NCBI GenBank assembly: GCA_035605585.1
Contig: DASTGP010000011.1
Location: 3,834 to 67,833 of the forward strand
DNA length: 64,000 nt
Source of the DNA: Gallionella sp.
Lineage (GTDB): Bacteria > Pseudomonadota > Gammaproteobacteria > Burkholderiales > Gallionellaceae
Direction of reading: 5' to 3'
Below the pieces are notes generated by a model. That model saw only the letters and a list, made by a program, of their open reading frames with translations, did not search any database and was not told where the DNA came from. The position numbers were made by a program, and so were the translations under genes. Below, one piece after another: positions 28,574 to 39,548 of the stretch. The first letter of the stretch is position 1, and every line of letters begins with the position of its first letter.

Positions 28574-29296
28574 CTACGATCGACTGTGCGGCAGCGTCCG
28601 CGCTACTACCCATGCTTCAATGTCAACCGCACCGCGTTGCCTGACGGCTTCGGCGAGTGCATTCAGGCTGGCACCGGTGGTCAGCACGTCATCCACCAGC
28701 GCGACGCGCTTGCCGACCAGGTCTGCTTCGCAGCGGAACGCGTTGCGCATGTTCTTCTTGCGTTCTTTCCACGGCAGGCCGGACTGCGGCGCGGTGTCGC
28801 GCACGCGCCGGCAGGCATCGGGCAACAGTTCGAGGTCGAGTGAGCGCGCGATGGGCGCGGCGAGCAGCTGCGACTGGTTGTAGCCGCGTTCCCGCAATTT
28901 GGCGGGGTGCAGGGGCATGGGAATGACGCAGTCCGGCAGGTTGTCGCGGGGGATCTGCTGCACCAGCTTGGCCGCGAAGGTGTGCGCCAGCGCCAATTGT
29001 TCGCCGTATTTCATCGCCTGGATCAGCTTGTCGAGCGGGAAGGCATAGCCGAATGCGGCGACGGTGCGCCCGAACAGCGGCGGGTGCCGAAGGCAGTGTC
29101 CGCACAGTTCGCCGGACGGCACTGGCAGCGCGCAGGCCGGGCAGTGCGGCATGTCGAGATAAGGCAAGCCCGCGTCGCAGGCCGCGCACCACAGGCCATC
29201 ACGACTCATCCCTCCGCACAACACACAGGGTTGCACAGGCTCGATGCGCTTAATTCCTGAGCGAATGTTCAGCAAAGCATTGCGCAAAATTGACAA
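28574..29296 (-). CDS. comF: ComF-family phosphoribosyltransferase-like protein
   Basis: N-terminal CxxC motifs, ERGYNQS, LVDDVLTTGAS; divergent from bioB; TTG 29296 start assumed. Confidence 0.9.
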   Translation of the reverse strand: MSILRNALLNIRSGIKRIEPVQPCVLCGGMSRDGLWCAACDAGLPYLDMPHCPACALPVPSGELCGHCLRHPPLFGRTVAAFGYAFPLDKLIQAMKYGEQLALAHTFAAKLVQQIPRDNLPDCVIPMPLHPAKLRERGYNQSQLLAAPIARSLDLELLPDACRRVRDTAPQSGLPWKERKKNMRNAFRCEADLVGKRVALVDDVLTTGASLNALAEAVRQRGAVDIEAWVVARTLPHSRS

Positions 29297-29348
29297 GCCA
29301 TTGCCCTTTCTAGGATGATGCCGCGTTCCCATGATACCCAGTTAGACC

Positions 29349-30344
29349 ATGAATACCCAGACCATAGAATTCCATCGTCCGATCAAGACCAATGCCGCAT
29401 CGCAACGCTGGAGCGTGGCGGAGATCGAGGCGCTGTTCAAGCTGCCTTTCTCCGATCTGCTGTACCGCGCCCAGCAGGTGCACCGCGAGCATTTCGACCC
29501 GAACGCGGTGCAGCTTTCCACGCTGCTGTCGATCAAGACCGGAGGCTGCTCCGAGGACTGTGGCTACTGTCCGCAATCGGCGTTCCACAACGCGGGCGTC
29601 GAGAACCGGAAGATGCTGGATGTGAGCGAGGTGGTGAAGGCCGCCAAGGCCGCGCAAGACGCGGGCGCGGACCGTTTCTGCATGGGCGCTGCTTGGCGTG
29701 AGCCGACCGAGGAGGACATGGCCGCTGTGGTCGAGATGGTCAAGGAAGTGCGTGCACTGGGCATGGAGACCTGCGCGACGCTGGGCATGCTCAACGACGA
29801 ACAGACCGAGCAACTGCGCGCCGCCGGCCTGGATTACTACAACCACAATCTCGACACCACGCCGGAGTTCTACGGCAACATCATCAGCACCCGCGACTAT
29901 CAGGACCGTCTCGACACGCTGGAGCGCGTGCGGAAGGCTGGCATGCATGTGTGCAGCGGCGGCATCGTCGGCATGGGCGAGAACCTCACGCAACGCGCCG
30001 GTCTGATCGCGCAACTGGCGAACATGGAACCGTATCCGGAGAGTGTGCCGATCAACAATCTGGTGAAAGTGGAAGGCACGCCGCTGGCCGACCAGGAGGA
30101 CCTCGACCTGCTGGATTTCGTGCGCACCATCGCCGTGGCGCGCATCACCATGCCGACGGCGCGCGTGCGCTTGTCCGCCGGGCGCCAGCAGATGAGCGAC
30201 GCGGTGCAGGCCCTGTGTTTCCTCGCCGGGGCGAACTCCATCTTCTACGGCGACCAGCTGTTGACCACCGGCAATCCCGATGTGGAGCGCGACCGTGCGC
30301 TGATGGACAAGCTGGGCATGTACCCCTTCGCCGAAAGTCATTAA
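29349..30344 (+). CDS. bioB: Biotin synthase
   Basis: CSEDCGYC radical SAM motif, [22 protein letters not shown]. Confidence 0.97.
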   Translation: MNTQTIEFHRPIKTNAASQRWSVAEIEALFKLPFSDLLYRAQQVHREHFDPNAVQLSTLLSIKTGGCSEDCGYCPQSAFHNAGVENRKMLDVSEVVKAAKAAQDAGADRFCMGAAWREPTEEDMAAVVEMVKEVRALGMETCATLGMLNDEQTEQLRAAGLDYYNHNLDTTPEFYGNIISTRDYQDRLDTLERVRKAGMHVCSGGIVGMGENLTQRAGLIAQLANMEPYPESVPINNLVKVEGTPLADQEDLDLLDFVRTIAVARITMPTARVRLSAGRQQMSDAVQALCFLAGANSIFYGDQLLTTGNPDVERDRALMDKLGMYPFAESH

Positions 30345-30354
30345 ACGTAGCCAC

Positions 30355-30430
30355 GTAGGATGGGTTGAGCGCAGCGATACCCATCAATGTACAGCGATGG
30401 GTATCGGCCGTCGGCCTCAACCCATCCTAC
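30355..30430. repeat. GTAG-type REP with nested inverted repeats
   Basis: GTAGGATGGGTTGAG / CTCAACCCATCCTAC (perfect 15 bp) enclosing CGATACCCATC / GATGGGTATCG. Confidence 0.88.
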
Positions 30431-30438
30431 CGATAACG

Positions 30439-31593
30439 ATGCCATTCACCCAACTTCAAACCGAACTCGACGAACGCGCAGCGCAAGGGCTGTTGCGGAA
30501 CCGTCGCACGCTGGAAAGCCCGCAGTCGCCGCATATCGTTGTGGACGGTAAATCCTATCTCGCGTTTTGCAGCAACGATTATCTCGGCTTGGCGAACCAT
30601 CCGCGGCTCGTCGCGGCCATGCAGCAGGCTGTATTGCAGCATGGCGTGGGGGCGGGGGCGGCGCATCTTGTGAGCGGTCACAGCAGTGCTCATCATCAAC
30701 TCGAGCAGCGGCTCGCCGCCTTTGTCGGCAAGCCTGCAGCGCTGCTGTTCTCCACCGGCTACATGGCGAACCTCGGCACGGTGCAGGCGCTGGTCGGGCG
30801 AGGCGACACGGTATTCGCCGACAAGCTCAACCACGCCTCTCTCAATGATGCGATGCTGCTGTCCCGTGCCGAGGTGAAACGCTATCGCCACGGCGACCTG
30901 GCGCAACTGGCGCAGCTGCTGGAGCAAACAAAGACCGGGCGCAAACTCATCGTCACCGACACCGTGTTCAGCATGGATGGCGACATCGCACCGTTGCGCG
31001 AATTGCTCGCGTTGTGCGAGCAGCATGACGCCTGGCTGTATGTGGACGACGCGCACGGCTTCGGCGTGCTGGGAGAACAGGGGCGCGGATCGCTCTCGCA
31101 TTTCGGCATCGCGTCGAAGCGCATCGTCTACATGGCAACGCTGGGCAAGGCTGCCGGTGTGTTCGGCGCCTTCGTTGCGGCGGAGCCCGCGGTCATCGAT
31201 ACGCTGGTCAATCATGCGCACAGCTATGTCTATACCACCGCCACGCCGCCGGCGCTGTCCGTCGCTTTGCTGGAAAGCGTGAACCTGATCGAGCAGGGCG
31301 CAGCGTTGCGCGAACAGCTGCATCGCCTCATCGAAAAATTACGCGAGGGACTCGCGGACTTGCCCTGGCAGCTGATGCCGTCCGATACGGCGATCCAGCC
31401 GCTGCTGATCGGCGACAACCTGCAGGCACTGAAGTTGAGCGAGGGGCTGCGCGAGCGCGGCATCTGGGTCGCGGCGATCCGTCCGCCCACCGTGCCGATG
31501 GGCACTGCACGGCTGCGTATCACCTTGTCCGCCGCGCACAGCGGAGCGGACGTCGAACGGCTGGTCGAGGCATTGCATGAGCTTGCACGTTGA
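30439..31593 (+). CDS. bioF: 8-amino-7-oxononanoate synthase
   Basis: FCSNDYLGLA, DKLNHASL, VFSMDGD, DDAHG, TLGKAAG; ATG 30439. Confidence 0.96.
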   Translation: MPFTQLQTELDERAAQGLLRNRRTLESPQSPHIVVDGKSYLAFCSNDYLGLANHPRLVAAMQQAVLQHGVGAGAAHLVSGHSSAHHQLEQRLAAFVGKPAALLFSTGYMANLGTVQALVGRGDTVFADKLNHASLNDAMLLSRAEVKRYRHGDLAQLAQLLEQTKTGRKLIVTDTVFSMDGDIAPLRELLALCEQHDAWLYVDDAHGFGVLGEQGRGSLSHFGIASKRIVYMATLGKAAGVFGAFVAAEPAVIDTLVNHAHSYVYTTATPPALSVALLESVNLIEQGAALREQLHRLIEKLREGLADLPWQLMPSDTAIQPLLIGDNLQALKLSEGLRERGIWVAAIRPPTVPMGTARLRITLSAAHSGADVERLVEALHELAR

Positions 31594-32353
31594 AGCATTT
31601 GGCAGCGGCGAGCCGTTGCTGCTGATCCACGGCTGGGGCATGCACGGCGGCATGTGGGGCGACGTGGCCGACAGGCTGGCGGAGGACTTTCGCGTGCTGG
31701 CGGTGGACTTGCCGGGGCACGGTCACAGTCCACGGATCGAGGACCGGGAATCGAGCTCTGCGCTGGATGCCATCGTCGATGAGCTGGCTGCGCAGTTCGA
31801 CGAGCCTCTCACGGTGTGCGGCTGGTCGCTGGGCGGACAGATCGCGTTGCGCTGGGCGGCGCGCCATCCGCTGCAGGTCAGTCGCCTAGTGATGGTGGCG
31901 AGCACGCCGTGTTTCGTGCGCCGGCCGGGATGGGATTGCGCGATGGCGCCGGACACCCTGGCGCAGTTCGCCGCGGCGCTGCAGCAGGATCATGCGGCGA
32001 CCTTGCGCCGTTTTCTCGCGCTGCAGGTGCGGGGCAGCGAGAACGAACGCGAGTTGCTGGCGCGGTTGCGCTCGGCTTTGTTCAGCCGCGGGGAGCCGGA
32101 CATGGCTGCGTTGCGATCCGGGCTGGATATCCTGCGCGACAGCGACCAGCGTGCGGTGTTGCCGGAGATCGAACAGCCGGTGCTGGTGATCGCCGGAGAA
32201 CGTGATACGCTCACCCCGCCGCAGGCTTCGCGATACAGTGCGGAACATCTGCCCGATGCGCGGCTGGAAATTATTGAAGGTGCGGCGCATGCGCCGTTCC
32301 TGTCGCATCCGGAAAAGTTTATGGAAAGTTTGAAGAGTTTTTTGCATGAATGA
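31577..32353 (+). CDS. bioH: Pimeloyl-ACP methyl ester carboxylesterase
   Basis: HGWG, DLPGHG, GWSLGG, HAPFLSHP. Confidence 0.93.
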   Translation: MSLHVEAFGSGEPLLLIHGWGMHGGMWGDVADRLAEDFRVLAVDLPGHGHSPRIEDRESSSALDAIVDELAAQFDEPLTVCGWSLGGQIALRWAARHPLQVSRLVMVASTPCFVRRPGWDCAMAPDTLAQFAAALQQDHAATLRRFLALQVRGSENERELLARLRSALFSRGEPDMAALRSGLDILRDSDQRAVLPEIEQPVLVIAGERDTLTPPQASRYSAEHLPDARLEIIEGAAHAPFLSHPEKFMESLKSFLHE

Positions 32354-33215
32354 GTTTGAGATAGACAAGCGCCAGGTGCGCCGCTCCTTCAGCCGAGCGG
32401 CCGCGGATTACGACGCGGCGGCGGTGTTGCAGCGGGAGGTGTGTTCGCGCATGCTGGAGCGGCTGGACTACGTCAAGCTGCAACCCTCGCGCGTCCTGGA
32501 TGTGGGCAGCGGCACGGGCTGGGGAACGCGTCAGCTTACACAACGCTATCCTGCCGCGCAGGTGATCGCGCTGGATATCGCCATCGGCATGCTGCAGACC
32601 TCTCGGGGGCAGGCGGGCTGGTGGCAGAAGTTGTTCGGCGGCGCGAAGCAGGGCTATGTCTGCGCCGACGTCGAGGCTCTGCCGCTGGCGGCGAACAGCG
32701 TCGAGCTGGTGTGGTCGAACCTCGCGCTGCAGTGGTGCAACGATCTGCCGGCAACCTTCGCGGGGCTGCATCGCGTGTTGAAGGTGGACGGGCTGCTGAT
32801 GTTCAGCACCTTCGGGCCGGACACGCTGAAGGAATTGCGCCAGGCATTCCATGGCGTGGACGGGCACAATCACCTGAACCGCTTCGCCGATATGCACGAC
32901 ATCGGCGATATGCTGACACGCAGCGGTTTCGCCGAGCCGGTGATGGACATGGAATACCTGACGCTCACCTACGACGATGTGCGCGGCGTGCTGCATGACC
33001 TGAAGCGCATCGGCGCGCATAATGCCACCGGGGGGCGCGGGCAGGGCCTGATGGGCAAACAGGCCTGGGCCCGGTTGCTGGATAATTACGAACGGTTGCG
33101 CCGCGACGGCAAGCTTCCGGCCACTTATGAAGTGGTCTACGGCCACGCATGGAAGGCGCAGCCGCGCATGACCAAAGAGGGGGCGGCGATCATCCGCACG
33201 CCATTCAAACTATGA
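32346..33215 (+). CDS. bioC: Malonyl-ACP O-methyltransferase
   Basis: VRRSFSRAA, LDVGSGTG, SNLALQW, DMHDIGD, ATYEVVYG. Confidence 0.94.
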   Translation: MNEFEIDKRQVRRSFSRAAADYDAAAVLQREVCSRMLERLDYVKLQPSRVLDVGSGTGWGTRQLTQRYPAAQVIALDIAIGMLQTSRGQAGWWQKLFGGAKQGYVCADVEALPLAANSVELVWSNLALQWCNDLPATFAGLHRVLKVDGLLMFSTFGPDTLKELRQAFHGVDGHNHLNRFADMHDIGDMLTRSGFAEPVMDMEYLTLTYDDVRGVLHDLKRIGAHNATGGRGQGLMGKQAWARLLDNYERLRRDGKLPATYEVVYGHAWKAQPRMTKEGAAIIRTPFKL

Positions 33216-33892
33216 GCTACTTCGTCACAGGCACCGACACGGGGGTGGGCAAGACCCTGATTTCTTGCGCGCTGCTGCACGCTTTTGCCGCGCAGGGCAA
33301 GCGGGTGATCGGCATGAAGCCGGTCGCAGCGGGCTGCGGCGATGACGACCAGCACGAGGATGTGGTGCGCCTGCGAGCGGCGAGCAACGTGCTTGCCGGC
33401 AAGGGGCAGGTCAACCCGTATTGTTTCCCGCGCCCGGTTGCGCCCCATCTGGCCGCGAAATTCGTCGGTGTCAGTGTCCATTTCTCGCGCATCGTGGCGT
33501 CGTTCAGCGAACTGAACGGAATGGCGGACGAGGTCATCGTCGAGGGCGCCGGCGGACTGCTGGTGCCGCTGAATGAGGAAGAGGATAGCGCCGACCTGAT
33601 CGGGGAGATGGGGCTTCCCGTCATACTGGTCGTCGGAATGCGGCTGGGTTGCCTGAACCATGCGTTGTTGACGGTCGATGCGTTGAAGTGGCGCGGCCTG
33701 AAACTGGTTGGTTGGGTGGCGAACGTGGTGGATGCGGACATGGCGATGCTGGACGAAAACGTCGCTGCACTGCAGCAACGCATCGCCGCACCGCTGCTGG
33801 GCATTGTGCCGCATCAGGCGCAACCCGATGCGCGAGAAGCCGCCAAATTGCTCGATCTGAATTTGCTGGAGCAAGCGGAAGCGGATGACTGA
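33212..33892 (+). CDS. bioD: Dethiobiotin synthase
   Basis: FVTGTDTGVGKT, MKPVAAG, EGAGG, LGCLNHALLT. Confidence 0.96.
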   Translation: MSYFVTGTDTGVGKTLISCALLHAFAAQGKRVIGMKPVAAGCGDDDQHEDVVRLRAASNVLAGKGQVNPYCFPRPVAPHLAAKFVGVSVHFSRIVASFSELNGMADEVIVEGAGGLLVPLNEEEDSADLIGEMGLPVILVVGMRLGCLNHALLTVDALKWRGLKLVGWVANVVDADMAMLDENVAALQQRIAAPLLGIVPHQAQPDAREAAKLLDLNLLEQAEADD

Positions 33893-34595
33893 ATTCAGCA
33901 TCTTCGCGGTGTTCCTGGTCGGACTGCTGGGCGGCGTGCACTGCCTCGGCATGTGCGGCAGCATCGTCGGCATCTTCACGACGCAGGCGCCCAAGGATGA
34001 GCCGCGCTGGCCGTTCCATCTGGCCTACAGCAGCGGGCGCATTGCGAGCTATGCAATCGCAGGCGCATTGGCCGGGGCCGTGGGGCAGGCCGGTCTGCTG
34101 ATGCGCGATGCGGTTCCGGTGCAGCACTTGCTGTTTGCGCTGTCCAGCCTGATGCTCGTCGTCCTGGGGATGTATCTCGCCGGACTGTGGGGGGCGGCGC
34201 GTCAGCTCGAACGCTTGGGGGGCGGTCTGTGGAAACGCCTGCAACCCTTCACCGCCAGACTGTTGCCGGTGAACACCGTGCCGCGCGCATTGGGACTGGG
34301 CGTTTTGTGGGGCTGGTTGCCGTGCGGGCTGGTGTACAGCGTGCTGGTCACTTCGCTGGCGAGCGGCAGCGCATCGCAGGGCTCGCTCATCATGCTGGCG
34401 TTCGGCCTGGGCACGCTGCCGAACCTGCTGGCAATCGGTCTGTTCTGGGAAAGCATCAAGCGCTGGGCGCAGTCGCCGGGCGTGCGGCTGGCCGCCGGCC
34501 TGCTGGTGACGGGATTCGGCATATATGGCCTGGTCAAGGTGGGCTACACTTTCCACACCTACGGCTGGGCGGGGAGTTGTCATGTGGCTGCGTAA
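33885..34595 (+). CDS. DsbD_2/TauE-like membrane protein of the type usually found in cco assembly loci
   Basis: GLLGGVHCLGMCG, GWLPCGLVY, MLAFGLGTLP. Confidence 0.85.
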   Translation: MTEFSIFAVFLVGLLGGVHCLGMCGSIVGIFTTQAPKDEPRWPFHLAYSSGRIASYAIAGALAGAVGQAGLLMRDAVPVQHLLFALSSLMLVVLGMYLAGLWGAARQLERLGGGLWKRLQPFTARLLPVNTVPRALGLGVLWGWLPCGLVYSVLVTSLASGSASQGSLIMLAFGLGTLPNLLAIGLFWESIKRWAQSPGVRLAAGLLVTGFGIYGLVKVGYTFHTYGWAGSCHVAA

Positions 34596-35172
34596 TCTGT
34601 TCTTGTGTTCGCTCGTCGTTTTGCTCGGCGCTTGCGGCGAACCCAAGCTGCCATCCCCATTCCATGCCAGCGAGGTCGGCGAGAAGTTTTCACAGGCGGA
34701 TTTCCATCTGACGGACCACAACGGCAAACCGCGCACGCTGGCGGATTTTCGCGGCAAGGCGGTGGTGCTGTTCTTCGGTTATACCCATTGCCCGGACGTG
34801 TGCCCCACCACGCTGGCCGATCTGGCTCATGCGATGCGCTTGCTGGGGAAAGATGCGGACAGGGTGCAGGTGCTGTTCGTCACGGTCGACCCGGAGCGCG
34901 ACAAACCGGAGATGCTGGCGCAATACATCCCGGCTTTCCATCCCTCCTTCCTTGCCCTGTCCGGGGATGCCCAAGCCACGGCGCAGGTTGCCAAGGCGTT
35001 CGATGTGACCTACCAGAAACAGCCGACCACTTCGGGATACAACATGGACCATAGCGCCGGAACGTTCCTGATCGATCCCACCGGCAGGGTTCGGCTGCTT
35101 GCCCCTTATGGGCAGCGCGCCGAGTGGCTGGCCGACGATATCCGCCTGTTGCTGGCGTTGCATCGCAACTGA
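34582..35172 (+). CDS. Sco/SenC-family copper chaperone lipoprotein
   Basis: Lipobox LLGA|C, FFGYTHCPDVCP, VTVDPERD, MDHSA. Confidence 0.92.
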   Translation: MWLRNLFLCSLVVLLGACGEPKLPSPFHASEVGEKFSQADFHLTDHNGKPRTLADFRGKAVVLFFGYTHCPDVCPTTLADLAHAMRLLGKDADRVQVLFVTVDPERDKPEMLAQYIPAFHPSFLALSGDAQATAQVAKAFDVTYQKQPTTSGYNMDHSAGTFLIDPTGRVRLLAPYGQRAEWLADDIRLLLALHRN

Positions 35173-35174
35173 TC

Positions 35175-36593
35175 ATGCAAAAGATTCGCGATTACCTCTT
35201 CTCGCAGACCCACAGCGATATCGACGAGGTGAATTTTCCGGTCCGAGCCGAACAGATCCGGGCGCGCCTTAGCAACTATCCGTTGATGGTGGGCGGGCAG
35301 GTACTGCTGGCGCCGTTGCTGTGCGCGTTGATGTGGCCGGTAGTCGATCACGGCGTGTTGTTGTCGTGGCTATCGCTGGTGTATATCGCGCATCTGGCTG
35401 AAATAAGTTATTGGGCTGTTTACCGCAAGGCGAGCGGCACGATAGCGGAGTGCAAGCGGTGGCGCACGCGTTTCATCCTGTTCGTCGCGATACTGGGTAC
35501 GCTGTGGGGCAGCATCGGTGTCCTGATGTTCGTCCCCGGCGATCTGGCCTACCAGGCGATGCTGATCTGCGTCATCCTGGGTCTGGCTGCAGGGGCGGTG
35601 ACCGTCAACCCGGTGTTTCCGCCGGCCCTCTACATCTATGCCACTTTGCTGATTCTGCCGGTCATAGGCAGCTGCTTGCTGGTGGGCGACTATCCGCACC
35701 TTATCCTGGCGGTGATGCTGGCGGTGTACCTGGCGTTCGTGCTGAATGCCGGCCGCGAACTGGCGGGAACTTTCGAGTTGTCGCTGCACCGGGGGCTGGA
35801 GAATGCAAAACTGGTCGAGCAACTGACCGAGGAAAAACATCGAGCCGAACAGGCGCAACTCTCGGCCGAGCAGGCCAATCGGATGAAATCGAAGTTCTTC
35901 GCCGCCGCCAGCCATGACCTGCGCCAACCCGTGCATGCGCTCACCCTGTTCGTGGACGTACTGAAAAACCGCGAACACGATGCGCAGACGACCCAGTTGG
36001 TCGGGCAAGTAGAACAATCCGTCGAAGTGCTGGGTTCGATGTTCGATGCCTTGCTGGACATTTCCAGGCTCGATGCCGGGGTGGTGCAGCCGCGTTACGA
36101 GCGTTTTCCCATCCAGCCGTTGCTGGACCGGATGTATGCGGAATTTTCCTGGTTGGCGCTGGACAAGGGGTTACGCTTCGAGATGGCGAACAGCAGTGTG
36201 GCGGTCTACAGCGATTCGCTGTTGCTGGAACGCATCCTGCGCAACCTGATTGCCAATGCGATCCGCTATACCGAGCGGGGCGAGGTGGTGGTGAGCTGCC
36301 GGCTGGCGGACGACGGCCTGCAGCTCGAGGTGCGCGACACCGGCATCGGCATCACGCCCGAGCATTTGCCGCATATCTTCGAGGAGTATTACCAGGTCGG
36401 CAACCGCCAGCGCGATCGCAGCAATGGCTTGGGATTGGGCCTGGCGATCGTCAGGCGCCTGGAGCAGTTGCTTGGCTACCGCATGACGCTGGATTCCACA
36501 CCCGGCGCGGGCAGCCGTTTCGCCTTTGTTGTGCCGCTGGCCGATGCTACGGCATCTCCTGATGCTATGATTCGCCCCGTCGAATCGGCCTGA
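35175..36593 (+). CDS. Multi-TM sensor histidine kinase (no receiver domain)
   Basis: H-box AASHDLRQP, N-box NLIANAIRYT, DTGIG, GLGLGL. Confidence 0.92.
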   Translation: MQKIRDYLFSQTHSDIDEVNFPVRAEQIRARLSNYPLMVGGQVLLAPLLCALMWPVVDHGVLLSWLSLVYIAHLAEISYWAVYRKASGTIAECKRWRTRFILFVAILGTLWGSIGVLMFVPGDLAYQAMLICVILGLAAGAVTVNPVFPPALYIYATLLILPVIGSCLLVGDYPHLILAVMLAVYLAFVLNAGRELAGTFELSLHRGLENAKLVEQLTEEKHRAEQAQLSAEQANRMKSKFFAAASHDLRQPVHALTLFVDVLKNREHDAQTTQLVGQVEQSVEVLGSMFDALLDISRLDAGVVQPRYERFPIQPLLDRMYAEFSWLALDKGLRFEMANSSVAVYSDSLLLERILRNLIANAIRYTERGEVVVSCRLADDGLQLEVRDTGIGITPEHLPHIFEEYYQVGNRQRDRSNGLGLGLAIVRRLEQLLGYRMTLDSTPGAGSRFAFVVPLADATASPDAMIRPVESA

Positions 36594-36610
36594 GGAGAAG
36601 GAAGGCAACC

Positions 36611-37285
36611 ATGAAGATTTTGCTGGTAGATGATCATGCGCTGTTCCGCGAGGGGTTGCGCTACGTGCTGCAACAATTGCCGGAAGAAGTCGAGATCCTG
36701 GAGGCGGGTAATTTCCCCGATGGGTTGAGGCTGGCGGAGTTGCATCCGGAGTTGGATCTCGCACTGCTGGACCTTAACATGCCCGGTAGCGAAGGGGCGA
36801 TCTCGATCAAGTTCTTCCATCAGCGATATCCCCATATCCCGGTCGTTGTGGTGTCCGGCGAGGATGGCCGCGGGATCATGGAAACGGTGATGAACTATGG
36901 TGCGATGGGCTTCGTATGCAAGAATTCCACGGCGCCGGTGATGCTGGGCGCACTGAAGCTGGTGCTGTCCGGCGGCGTGTACATCCCGCCTCAGATATTG
37001 CAGCAGCACAGCGTGGCCGAGCCGAGGCCGCGTGAAGGAGAGCGAGTAGACCGGCGCAGCCTGCGCACCAACGAATACGGCCTGACGGCGCGCCAGATGG
37101 AAGTCCTCAAACACCTTGCGGCGGGCCTGTCCAATAAGGAGATCGCCCAGGCGGTGTATCTCGCCGAAGGGACCGTGAAGATACATGTTGCCGCGATATA
37201 TCAGCTGTTGCGGGTAAACAGCCGCATGGAGGCGGTGCGAGCCGCCGAGCAACTGGGCTTGATCGGTGGGACCTCGCATGGCTGA
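36611..37285 (+). CDS. NarL/LuxR-family response regulator
   Basis: [20 protein letters not shown]...SNKEIA...GTVKIHV. Confidence 0.94.
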   Translation: MKILLVDDHALFREGLRYVLQQLPEEVEILEAGNFPDGLRLAELHPELDLALLDLNMPGSEGAISIKFFHQRYPHIPVVVVSGEDGRGIMETVMNYGAMGFVCKNSTAPVMLGALKLVLSGGVYIPPQILQQHSVAEPRPREGERVDRRSLRTNEYGLTARQMEVLKHLAAGLSNKEIAQAVYLAEGTVKIHVAAIYQLLRVNSRMEAVRAAEQLGLIGGTSHG

Positions 37286-39548
37286 GGTGAAGGGCGAGCT
37301 GCCGGGAAACAAGCTGTTCGTTTTGCTGCGCGAGTCGCGCTGGCTGCTGCTGGCTGCCGGTGCGGCGTATTTCGCCATGGCGTTGTACGGCTACGACCCA
37401 GCCGATCCGGCCTGGTCGCATAGCGCCACCGGCGCGCAGACCGGCAATCCCGCCGGTGCGCTCGGGGCGCATCTTGCGGACCTGTTGTTCTACCTGTTCG
37501 GCGTCTCTGCCTGGTGGCTGGTGGCGTTCATGGTGCAGCGCGTGTGGGCGGGCTACCGAGGCCTGCGCCCAGACAGCGTTTTCTGCAAGCGCACTTTCTG
37601 GGTTTCCGTTGGCGGTTTTGCGGTGCTCCTGCTGGCCAGCAGCGCACTTGAAGCCATCCGTTTGCACACCCTGCAAGTCGCGCTGCCGCTGGCTCCCGGC
37701 GGCATGCTCGGCGCGGTGTTCGGAGATGCGCTGGCTCAGTTGTTGGGATTCACGGGCGCGACGCTGGTTCTGCTGGTGTTGATCGCCACCGCTTTTAGCG
37801 TGTTCAGCGGCCTGTCCTGGCTACGTTTCATCGATAGCCTCGGCGCAGTACTGGAAGAGGCTTATCGCCGGGGATATCTGGCGTGGCAGACGCGGCGCGA
37901 CAAGCGCATCGGGGCGCAGGCGATGCAGGAACGCAGCATCGTGGTGAAAGAAGAGAAGAAGCGCGTCGAGGAACACCAGCCCATCCACATCGAGATGCCT
38001 GTCGTCGAGATCCCGCGCTCGAAGCGCGTGGAAAAGGAGAAGCAGGTCTCGCTGTTCACCGAGATGCCGGATTCGCCGCTGCCGCCGCTGCACCTGCTGG
38101 ACGAGGCGACGCAGCAGGTCGAAGTGGTTTCCGCCGAAACGCTCGAGTTCACTTCGCGCCTGATCGAACGCAAGCTCAAGGACTTCGGCGTGGAGGTCAA
38201 GGTGGTCGGCGCCTATCCCGGCCCGGTCATCACGCGCTACGAAGTCGATCCAGCGGTCGGCGTGAAGGGCAGCCAAGTGGTCAATCTGATGAAGGACTTG
38301 GCGCGCGCGCTGTCGGTCGTCAGCATCCGCGTGGTCGAGACCATTCCCGGCAAGACTTACATGGCGCTCGAACTGCCCAACCCGAAACGGCAGATGGTGC
38401 ACCTGTCCGAGATACTCGGCTCTCAGGTGTATGCCGACATGAGCTCGATGCTGACCATGGCGATGGGCAAGGACATCTCCGGCAAGCCGGTGGTCGCCGA
38501 CCTGGCGAAGATGCCGCACGTGCTGGTGGCGGGTACCACCGGCTCCGGCAAGTCGGTGGCGATCAACGCGATGATCTTGAGCCTGCTGTATAAGGCCACG
38601 CCGCAGCAGGTGCGCCTGCTGCTGGTCGATCCCAAGATGCTGGAGCTTTCCGTATACGAGGGCATTCCTCATCTGCTGTGTCCGGTGGTTACCGACATGC
38701 GTCAGGCCGCATCGGGGCTCAACTGGTGCGTGCAGGAGATGGACCGGCGTTACAAGCTGATGTCCGCGCTGGGCGTGCGCAACATCGCCGGTTACAACCA
38801 GAAGGTGCGCGACGCGATCAAGGCCGAGAAGCCGCTGACCAATCCGTTCACGCTGACACCGGAGAACCCCGAGGCGCTGGAGGAACTGCCGCTGCTCGTG
38901 GTGTTCATCGACGAGTTGGCCGACCTGATGATGGTGGTGGGCAAGAAGATCGAGGAGCTGATCGCGCGTCTCGCGCAGAAGGCGCGCGCTTCCGGCATCC
39001 ACTTGGTGCTGGCGACCCAGCGCCCGTCGGTCGACGTGATCACCGGCCTGATCAAGGCCAACGTGCCGACGCGCGTGGCGTTCCAGGTGTCGTCCAAGAT
39101 CGACTCGCGCACCATCCTCGACCAGATGGGCGCGGAAGCGCTGCTGGGACAGGGCGACATGCTGTACCTGCCGCCGGGCACCGGTTATCCGCAGCGCGTG
39201 CACGGCGCATTCGTGTCCGACCAGGAAGTGCATCGCGTCACCGAGCACCTCAAGAGCCAGGGCGAGCCGCAATATATCGACGGCGTGCTGAATTCGCTGG
39301 AGGAAGCGGGTGGTGAAGAGGGCGGAGGCGGTCCTGCGCTGGATGCGGAAGCCGATCCGATGTACGACCAGGCCGTAGAGATCGTGCTCAAGTCTCGTCG
39401 TGCCTCGATCTCCTCGGTGCAGCGCCAGCTGCGCATCGGTTACAACCGCGCAGCGCGTTTGATCGAGCAGATGGAGGCTGCAGGTCTCGTCAGCGCGATG
39501 CAGAGCAACGGCAACCGCGAGGTGATCGCCCCAGCCAGACAGGAGTGA
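37278..39548 (+). CDS. ftsK: DNA translocase FtsK
   Basis: N-terminal TMs, [35 protein letters not shown], gamma domain [10 protein letters not shown]. Confidence 0.97.
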   Translation: MAEVKGELPGNKLFVLLRESRWLLLAAGAAYFAMALYGYDPADPAWSHSATGAQTGNPAGALGAHLADLLFYLFGVSAWWLVAFMVQRVWAGYRGLRPDSVFCKRTFWVSVGGFAVLLLASSALEAIRLHTLQVALPLAPGGMLGAVFGDALAQLLGFTGATLVLLVLIATAFSVFSGLSWLRFIDSLGAVLEEAYRRGYLAWQTRRDKRIGAQAMQERSIVVKEEKKRVEEHQPIHIEMPVVEIPRSKRVEKEKQVSLFTEMPDSPLPPLHLLDEATQQVEVVSAETLEFTSRLIERKLKDFGVEVKVVGAYPGPVITRYEVDPAVGVKGSQVVNLMKDLARALSVVSIRVVETIPGKTYMALELPNPKRQMVHLSEILGSQVYADMSSMLTMAMGKDISGKPVVADLAKMPHVLVAGTTGSGKSVAINAMILSLLYKATPQQVRLLLVDPKMLELSVYEGIPHLLCPVVTDMRQAASGLNWCVQEMDRRYKLMSALGVRNIAGYNQKVRDAIKAEKPLTNPFTLTPENPEALEELPLLVVFIDELADLMMVVGKKIEELIARLAQKARASGIHLVLATQRPSVDVITGLIKANVPTRVAFQVSSKIDSRTILDQMGAEALLGQGDMLYLPPGTGYPQRVHGAFVSDQEVHRVTEHLKSQGEPQYIDGVLNSLEEAGGEEGGGGPALDAEADPMYDQAVEIVLKSRRASISSVQRQLRIGYNRAARLIEQMEAAGLVSAMQSNGNREVIAPARQE

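Noticed and set aside
29297-29348. BirA-type biotin operator between comF and bioB
   Set aside because: No TGTAAAC...GTTTACA-like palindrome is visible.
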